From the NCBI GenBank assembly GCA_964621435.1, contig CAZUMV010000002.1, forward strand, positions 1 through 50,811: a stretch of DNA of 50,811 nt, read 5' to 3'. Each line of letters starts with the position of its first letter. The first letter of the stretch is position 1. This DNA comes from an uncultured Thiotrichales bacterium (lineage in GTDB: Bacteria > Pseudomonadota > Gammaproteobacteria > CAZUMV01). A program made the position numbers and the translations under genes. Positions 45,199 through 50,811 of the stretch are shown piece by piece. The notes under the pieces are model-generated. The model did not search any database. It was not told where the DNA came from and saw nothing but the letters and a program-made list of their open reading frames with translations.

Positions 45199-46980
45199 AT
45201 GTCACTCGTGCGCATTGCTTTTTTAGCTGTAGTTTTCACATTTCCAAACTTGTCTTTTGGCGGGATTAATCCCGGTCCGGATTTTACGATGAAGGTACCA
45301 TCCGGGGGTGCGTTAGCAGGTCAAAAACCTCGGATATTTATTACCGCAGATCCTCTAGAGTTCGAGCGTCCAAATGAGTTTGACGATCTGCAATCCTTCA
45401 TTGAAACAATGTTACTCTCCGATGTATTAGATATAGAAGGCATCGCAGTTACCTCGACCCGTCCGTTATTGCGAATAATTGATGCTTATGAGCGGGATCT
45501 GCCAAATCTTCAAACCTATTCTCCCAATTACCCATCCGCTAATTACCTGCGCTCGGTGACTGTCAACGACGGTGATGACGGTGTTAACTTACTCATTCAA
45601 GCCGCACTAAAAAACTCCGATAGGCCACTCTATGTATTGTCATGGGGGCTCCCGCACACTTTAGCGGACGCCCTTAAAGTACATCCGGAAATCGCTTCCA
45701 AAATCCGTATCATTATGATCGGTGATAGTAATATTTCTGTCGGCTGGGAGCCCAGAGAGTCATTCAGCTACCTATACAATCTTCGACACAAATTGTGGTG
45801 GGTGTTAATGGACAACAGTTTTCGGGGCGCCCACGTCGCCTCGATTGGGGTGCGCGCTTCAGACCCGGTCGAGGAAAACTTCTCTAAGTATGAGTTTCCC
45901 GCAGCGCACGCCAAAGATCATGGAGCGCTCGGAAATTTGTTTTACTATGGTATTAATTGGAGTGAAGTTACCATTGAACCAGACAATAGGCCGCATTTTA
46001 GATCGGGCGATTTACCATCTTTACTTTACTTGCTACGAGGCAACCCGGACACCCCCGACAGCGAACATTGGGGCGGTAGGTTTGAAAAAGTTAGTGCTGA
46101 GCATGGGTCGCGGTACGGTGGCGGATCGGAAAAATTTTGGGTCGATGTCATAGACCAAAAAGAGAGTATCTGGCCGCATTCAATTGAAAACCCGTGGAAG
46201 GAAAACATACAACATGATGCACAACGAACAGTTATCAAGTATCACATGCAATTCATGCCGGAAATTGCCGCGAGATATGACCGCGCTAAATATCCCAAAG
46301 GTGCTAACCCGCAACCGCTAGATCCCCTTAAGTACACTTACGCTAGTGGTGCCTCTGCAGACGATGCGCCGGTTAATGAGCCTGCTCCTCAACCTCAACC
46401 AGTAACACAACCAACTCCGGAGCCTACACAAGCAACACCCGAACCTGTAACACAGCCAACTCCGGAGCCTACACAAGCAACACCCGAACCTGTAACCCAA
46501 TCAACTCCGGAGCCTACACAAGCAACACCCGAACCTGTAACTCAGGCAACCCCCGAGCCCGCTACACAAGCGACACCAGAACCTGTAACTCAATCAAGTC
46601 CGGAGCCTGTCACTCAACAAACTCTGGTGCCAGTAAGGCAACCAAATCCATCGCCCGAAGTTGATATCAACTCGGTTGAGGTACCGACTATCGAAACGTC
46701 GCAAGATGATGTTGAAGAAGACCCCGGTTCAGAACTCGAGGCAGAAAATCCCGCGCAAACAGAGGTTTCAGTGAGCAACGAAGAAGAATCGCCAGCTAAT
46801 GACCCTGAGGCCACGAGTCCAACAACTGTTCTAGAAACACCTATATTAAGTGGCGGTGCCTTTAGAGCGTTTGATGTAATCTGCCTGTTTTTGCTATTAG
46901 GTGTTAGCTCTAGTGCTTTGCGAAAACACAAACCTAAACGTTCAAAGCCTGATATTGGTTTAACGCTCTGCGTTTACTAG
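45199..46980 (+). CDS. Secreted nucleoside-hydrolase-like (DUF1593-like) protein with a Pro/Thr/Glu/Gln-rich repeat stalk and a GlyGly-CTERM-like anchor
   Basis: I prefer the ATG at 45199 (AAGGA RBS; MSLVRIAFLAVVFTFPNLSFG signal) over the track TTG at 45151. KPRIFITADP...FDDLQSFIETMLLSDVLDIEGI resembles the DUF1593 N-terminus. The C-terminus is SGGAF..., a hydrophobic helix, then RKHKPKR. Confidence 0.6.
   Translation: MSLVRIAFLAVVFTFPNLSFGGINPGPDFTMKVPSGGALAGQKPRIFITADPLEFERPNEFDDLQSFIETMLLSDVLDIEGIAVTSTRPLLRIIDAYERDLPNLQTYSPNYPSANYLRSVTVNDGDDGVNLLIQAALKNSDRPLYVLSWGLPHTLADALKVHPEIASKIRIIMIGDSNISVGWEPRESFSYLYNLRHKLWWVLMDNSFRGAHVASIGVRASDPVEENFSKYEFPAAHAKDHGALGNLFYYGINWSEVTIEPDNRPHFRSGDLPSLLYLLRGNPDTPDSEHWGGRFEKVSAEHGSRYGGGSEKFWVDVIDQKESIWPHSIENPWKENIQHDAQRTVIKYHMQFMPEIAARYDRAKYPKGANPQPLDPLKYTYASGASADDAPVNEPAPQPQPVTQPTPEPTQATPEPVTQPTPEPTQATPEPVTQSTPEPTQATPEPVTQATPEPATQATPEPVTQSSPEPVTQQTLVPVRQPNPSPEVDINSVEVPTIETSQDDVEEDPGSELEAENPAQTEVSVSNEEESPANDPEATSPTTVLETPILSGGAFRAFDVICLFLLLGVSSSALRKHKPKRSKPDIGLTLCVY
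46402..46620 (+). repeat. 45-nt coding tandem repeat (VTQPTPEPTQATPEP x3, then degenerate copies)
   Basis: Three nearly identical 45-nt units lie at 46402-46446, 46447-46491 and 46492-46536, followed by about 2 degenerate units. Confidence 0.85.
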
Positions 46981-49020
46981 TAGATTAGAGTGACGTAGCA
47001 AAGCCTTGATGTCGGGATCCCGGCCACGAAAACCCCTAAACGAGTCAATTGCCGGCCGAGCACCACCTGACTCCAGAATATTGGTTAAAAAATCTTTGCC
47101 CACTTCAGGGTTAAAAATCCCCTCTTCTTCAAAACGCGCAAAAGCATCTGCAGAAAGAACTTCAGCCCACTTGTAACTATAATAACCAGCTGCGTATCCA
47201 CCGGCAAAAATATGCGAAAAGCCATGTTGAAACCGGTTAAATGCAGGCACTTCTACAACCGAAACCTGATCTCTAACCTGACTCAAAATTTCGCTCACCT
47301 GGTCTTTTTTGCCGGGCTCAAATTCCAGATGCAAGCGAAGATCAAATATAGAAAATTCTAGTTGCCGTAACATTTGTAAAGCAGACTGAAAGTTTTTACT
47401 TGCCAGCATTTTTTCAAATAAAAGATCTGGTATTTTTTCACCGGTTTCAAAATGAGCGGCGAACATATTTAGCGATTCCCTTTGCCAACACCAGTTTTCC
47501 ATAAACTGGCTCGGGAGCTCGACCGCATCCCATTCAACGCCATTGATCCCGGAAACACCCGAAGCGGAAACTTTGGTAAGCATATGATGCAGACCGTGGC
47601 CGAATTCATGAAAGAGCGTAATAACTTCATCATGCGTAAATAGCGCTGGTTTGTCACCGACGGGCGCCGAACTATTGCAGGTCATGTAAGCGACTGGTAT
47701 TTGCAGCTCTCCATTGCCTTGCCGCATACGGTTTTGGCAGCTATCCATCCAGGCTCCACCTCGTTTGTTTTCGCGCGCATATAAGTCCAGATAAAACTCG
47801 CCGCGCACCACGCCATCAGGTTCGGTGATACGATAAAAACTAACGTCTTGATGCCATACTTCGGGGTTATCAACCGTGGTAATTTTAACTTCATAGAGCT
47901 TTTCTACTAATGCAAACAAACCCTTTAAAACCTCATCAACGGGAAAGTAAGGTTTTAGATCCTCTTGTGAAATGTCGTAGTGTTTTTGTCGCAGCTTCTC
48001 ACTGACAAAATTTATATCCCACGCTTGCACGTCATTAAGCCCAAGATCACTTGCAGCAAACGATTTGAGCTCATCAAGTTCACTTTCAGCAAGTGGTTTG
48101 GAGCGCTCAACCAACTCGGATAAAAAAGTCAGTACCTGGTCCGGACTATCAGCCATTTTAGTATCGATAGAACGATGTGCAAAAGTCTCGAAACCCAGTA
48201 ACTTTGACTGCGCAAGTCTGGTTGCCAGTATTTCTTCTATTACTAATGTATTATCCAGTGAGCGGTTATCACCCAGGTCTGAAGCGCGGGTTGTATATGC
48301 CCTATACACCTCCTCGCGAAGCTCGCGATCCTCGGCATATGTCAAAATCGCAAAATAACTAGGAAACTGCAAAGTTAACAACCAACCCGTTTGATCCTTG
48401 GCGGTCGCAGCGGCGCTGAACATTTCCAGCGACGAATCAGGCACTCCCTTAAGTGCGTTACGTTCGTCAACAAGTTTTTCCCAGGCATCGGTTGCATCCA
48501 GTAAATTTTCCTCGAATCTGGTACAGAGCTTGGAAAGTTCCTGGCTATATTCAGCAAACTGCTTTTTATCCTCAGCGCCTAAATCAACACCACTTAAACG
48601 GAAATCTCTCAATAGATTTTCTATTTGCTGTCGTTGCTCCGGCAGCAAGTGCGCGTATGAAGGGTCAGCCTGTACGCTTTTATAAGCATCATGTAATTTA
48701 ACATTTTGGCCAAATTCCGTTGCATAAGCGGTCAATTTGGGCAAACAATTATTATAGGCTTCTCTAAGAGATTCGCTATTTAGAACGGAATTCAAATGAC
48801 TTACGGGAGACCAGGCTTTATTTAGGAAGTTTTCCTGATCGTCTATTAATTGAACCAGAGTGTCCCAGCTGTAAGCTTCTTTTGCTTGCAAAACGGTTTC
48901 AATATTTTTCCTGCCGCGCGCCAACAAATCATCTATAGCGGGCTCAATATGTATCGCCTCAATGCGTGAAAAACGGGGTAATTGGTCAAATTGCAGTAAC
49001 GGGTTTTCCGGCGTTGACAT
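46960..49020 (-). CDS. prlC: Oligopeptidase A (M3 family)
   Basis: HEFGHGLHH zinc motif. I prefer the start at Met38 of the track ORF (MSTPENPLLQFDQLPRF, ATG at 49020). The 3' end overlaps the convergent gene by 21 nt. Confidence 0.9.
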   Translation of the reverse strand: MSTPENPLLQFDQLPRFSRIEAIHIEPAIDDLLARGRKNIETVLQAKEAYSWDTLVQLIDDQENFLNKAWSPVSHLNSVLNSESLREAYNNCLPKLTAYATEFGQNVKLHDAYKSVQADPSYAHLLPEQRQQIENLLRDFRLSGVDLGAEDKKQFAEYSQELSKLCTRFEENLLDATDAWEKLVDERNALKGVPDSSLEMFSAAATAKDQTGWLLTLQFPSYFAILTYAEDRELREEVYRAYTTRASDLGDNRSLDNTLVIEEILATRLAQSKLLGFETFAHRSIDTKMADSPDQVLTFLSELVERSKPLAESELDELKSFAASDLGLNDVQAWDINFVSEKLRQKHYDISQEDLKPYFPVDEVLKGLFALVEKLYEVKITTVDNPEVWHQDVSFYRITEPDGVVRGEFYLDLYARENKRGGAWMDSCQNRMRQGNGELQIPVAYMTCNSSAPVGDKPALFTHDEVITLFHEFGHGLHHMLTKVSASGVSGINGVEWDAVELPSQFMENWCWQRESLNMFAAHFETGEKIPDLLFEKMLASKNFQSALQMLRQLEFSIFDLRLHLEFEPGKKDQVSEILSQVRDQVSVVEVPAFNRFQHGFSHIFAGGYAAGYYSYKWAEVLSADAFARFEEEGIFNPEVGKDFLTNILESGGARPAIDSFRGFRGRDPDIKALLRHSNLLVNAER

Positions 49021-49142
49021 AAACTTTTCAATTCCTTGATAAAACATAATTATAGAGGACTTCAAAACAAGGCCTCTGTTTTTTTTCTTAAACCGGGTAA
49101 TAAGTTGAATATTCGGTATCATGAAACGCATGAGACATATCC

Positions 49143-50318
49143 GTGTTTAATCGAAATTTAATAATTCTGCTTGGCTGCCAACTCATCGGGACTTCAGCTA
49201 GCACGTTGATGATAATAGTTGGTGGCGTTATAGGTGCTGATCTGGCACCAAGCAAAATGTTGGCGACATTGCCAGTGACCATGGTGGTACTCGGGACTGC
49301 AACATCGACCTTGCCTGTAAGTTTGATTATGCAAAAGGTCGGCCGAAGTTTTGGTTTTTCTTTAGCCGCTTTAGCCGGAGCTATTGCGCTTTCCTTGTGT
49401 GCCGGTGCGCTATTGATGCGGAGTTTCGCGCTGTATTGTTTTGGTTCTTTTCTGTTCGGATTTAGTGTGGCGAGCGTCATGCAATATCGGTTTTGTGCTG
49501 CTGAAAGTGTTAAGGAAGCGTACGTTAGCAAAGCAATATCGTTGGTTCTGTTTGGTTCTATCGGCGGCGCTTTTGTTGGCTCGTCGCTGGTGCGGTACGG
49601 AGCCGGGCTCTACAACGTAGCGTATGTTGGCAGCCTTATTGCCACAGCTATATTACTTGTTTTATCCGCTGGCTTGCTGGTGTTTCTGGAGGAAAAGGTG
49701 CTTGCCGTTTCTAATCGCGCTAAAACATCCCGACAACCGGTTTCAATCAAAAGCCTGTTGAGGAAGCGGGTATACCTGCTAGCTGTGTGCGCTGGCGTGG
49801 CAGCACAGGGTATTATGGTTTTAATCATGACCGCAACACCAATAAGCATGCATGTACATCATGGTCACAGTATGAATAGCACGTCGCTGGTTATTCAAAG
49901 TCATGTGCTGGCTATGTATTTGCCATCGCTGTTTTCCGGATACCTGATTTCCTGGCTAGGTGTAAAACGATTAATGATTGCGGGTTGTGTTTTGTTTTTC
50001 GCGATGCTGATCGCGGGTTTTTTTGGTCATACGGTAAAAAATTATTGGATAACACTGGTGTTGTTGGGTGTTGGCTGGAACTTTTTATTCGTTGCTGGCA
50101 CCACTCTTTTAACAAGCACCTATGCAGAGCAAGAACGTTTCATTGCTCAAGGCGCCAACGACTTTGTGGTTTTTGGTGGATCAGCAACCGCATCCTTGCT
50201 AGCCGGGACTATGCTGCACTTCTTCGGCTGGGAAAGTCTTTTGATAATAACCACACCAATACTTTGTATGGTGTTGTTTTTCATCGTCTCGACCAAAATA
50301 AATGTCGAAGGGACGTAA
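49143..50318 (+). CDS. MFS transporter
   Basis: 391 aa with about 12 TM helices and a GTG start. Substrate not inferable. Confidence 0.8.
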   Translation: MFNRNLIILLGCQLIGTSASTLMIIVGGVIGADLAPSKMLATLPVTMVVLGTATSTLPVSLIMQKVGRSFGFSLAALAGAIALSLCAGALLMRSFALYCFGSFLFGFSVASVMQYRFCAAESVKEAYVSKAISLVLFGSIGGAFVGSSLVRYGAGLYNVAYVGSLIATAILLVLSAGLLVFLEEKVLAVSNRAKTSRQPVSIKSLLRKRVYLLAVCAGVAAQGIMVLIMTATPISMHVHHGHSMNSTSLVIQSHVLAMYLPSLFSGYLISWLGVKRLMIAGCVLFFAMLIAGFFGHTVKNYWITLVLLGVGWNFLFVAGTTLLTSTYAEQERFIAQGANDFVVFGGSATASLLAGTMLHFFGWESLLIITTPILCMVLFFIVSTKINVEGT

Positions 50319-50320
50319 TT

Positions 50321-50811
50321 TTAAGAAGAGTCTTGGTTCGAAGATTTAAAAATGAAATAGACAACCAAAGCGATCGCAATGCTGGCTATAAAGACGATCG
50401 TTGTACGCGAAAACTCCGGGGCTTGAAACGTACCATCGGAAATAGATTGAATTAAATTCGAGGACTTTGCACCAAAAAACGTGTACATGGTGATCATCGG
50501 AATCGATCCGATGCCGGTGGCCTTGATAAATTGCGAGCCGCTGACAGAGCTCACTGCAGCGAGCATGTTTAAAATATTGGTCGGACAAATAATTGAGGCT
50601 CGCGCGAACAGGATCGCTTTAAAACCATTTTTAGCAATACTGTCTTCAAATTTAACAAATTTGGGGTTAGCTGAAAAACGAGTTTTGACCCAATCTCTTC
50701 CAACCGTCCGGGCAAAAAGGAAGGCCAAAAAACAACCTATTTGGTACCCTATCCACACCAAAGCAATTCCAAAGATCAGGCCGAAGAGATACCCGCCGAT
50801 CATCATGACGC
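50321..50811 (-). CDS. TVP38/TMEM64 (DedA-related) family membrane protein (partial; N-terminus probably beyond the window end)
   Basis: GYLFGLIFGIALVWIGYQIGCFLAFLFARTVGRDWV is the TVP38 core motif. The frame stays open to the last base of the window. Confidence 0.7.
   Translation of the reverse strand, partial: VMMIGGYLFGLIFGIALVWIGYQIGCFLAFLFARTVGRDWVKTRFSANPKFVKFEDSIAKNGFKAILFARASIICPTNILNMLAAVSSVSGSQFIKATGIGSIPMITMYTFFGAKSSNLIQSISDGTFQAPEFSRTTIVFIASIAIALVVYFIFKSSNQDSS

Noticed and set aside
28500-47000. Treating 28.5-47 kb as a horizontally acquired genomic or defence island.
   Set aside because: I could find no integrase, transposase, tRNA or flanking direct repeats. The region is interleaved with ordinary metabolic and housekeeping genes (cobB, acyl-CoA ligase, antiporter, xthA, prlC). 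Only small sub-blocks look accessory, and they are reported separately.

Overview
This window is a densely coded chromosomal segment from a gammaproteobacterium. The block pyrE / argB / coaBC / gmk-rpoZ-spoT-ridA-recG has the same order as in Pseudomonadales and Cellvibrionales-type genomes (inference from synteny only). I call about 47 CDS. By eye I found no rRNA, tRNA, CRISPR array, transposase, integrase or prophage hallmark, and no recognisable defence-island signature (no RM, Cas, Abi, retron or TA pairs). About 1-13 kb is plain housekeeping. A long minus-strand gene train (12.9-20.9 kb) mixes envelope and periplasmic proteins with a tightly coupled five-gene operon made mostly of DUF families. 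The more accessory-looking parts are 28.5-36.7 kb and 39.7-47 kb. The first holds a secreted EEP-fold enzyme with a duplicated C-terminal module, two sirtuins, a PLA2-like lipoprotein, a CAP-domain lipoprotein and a Sel1-repeat protein. The second holds a stand-alone HNH protein, a two-gene module described next, an intergenic direct-repeat array and a repeat-bearing surface protein. My best candidate for an undescribed system is the co-transcribed pair at 40454-43318. One gene encodes a single-pass membrane-anchored, lysine-rich protein built from 36-nt tandem repeats, ending in two helix-hairpin-helix-like modules (COG3743 / H3TH-like as I recognise it). The other encodes an inner-membrane-anchored OmpA-C peptidoglycan-binding protein. 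All functional calls rest on motif recognition in the supplied translations. No database search was run, so family names are recognitions from memory, not hits.
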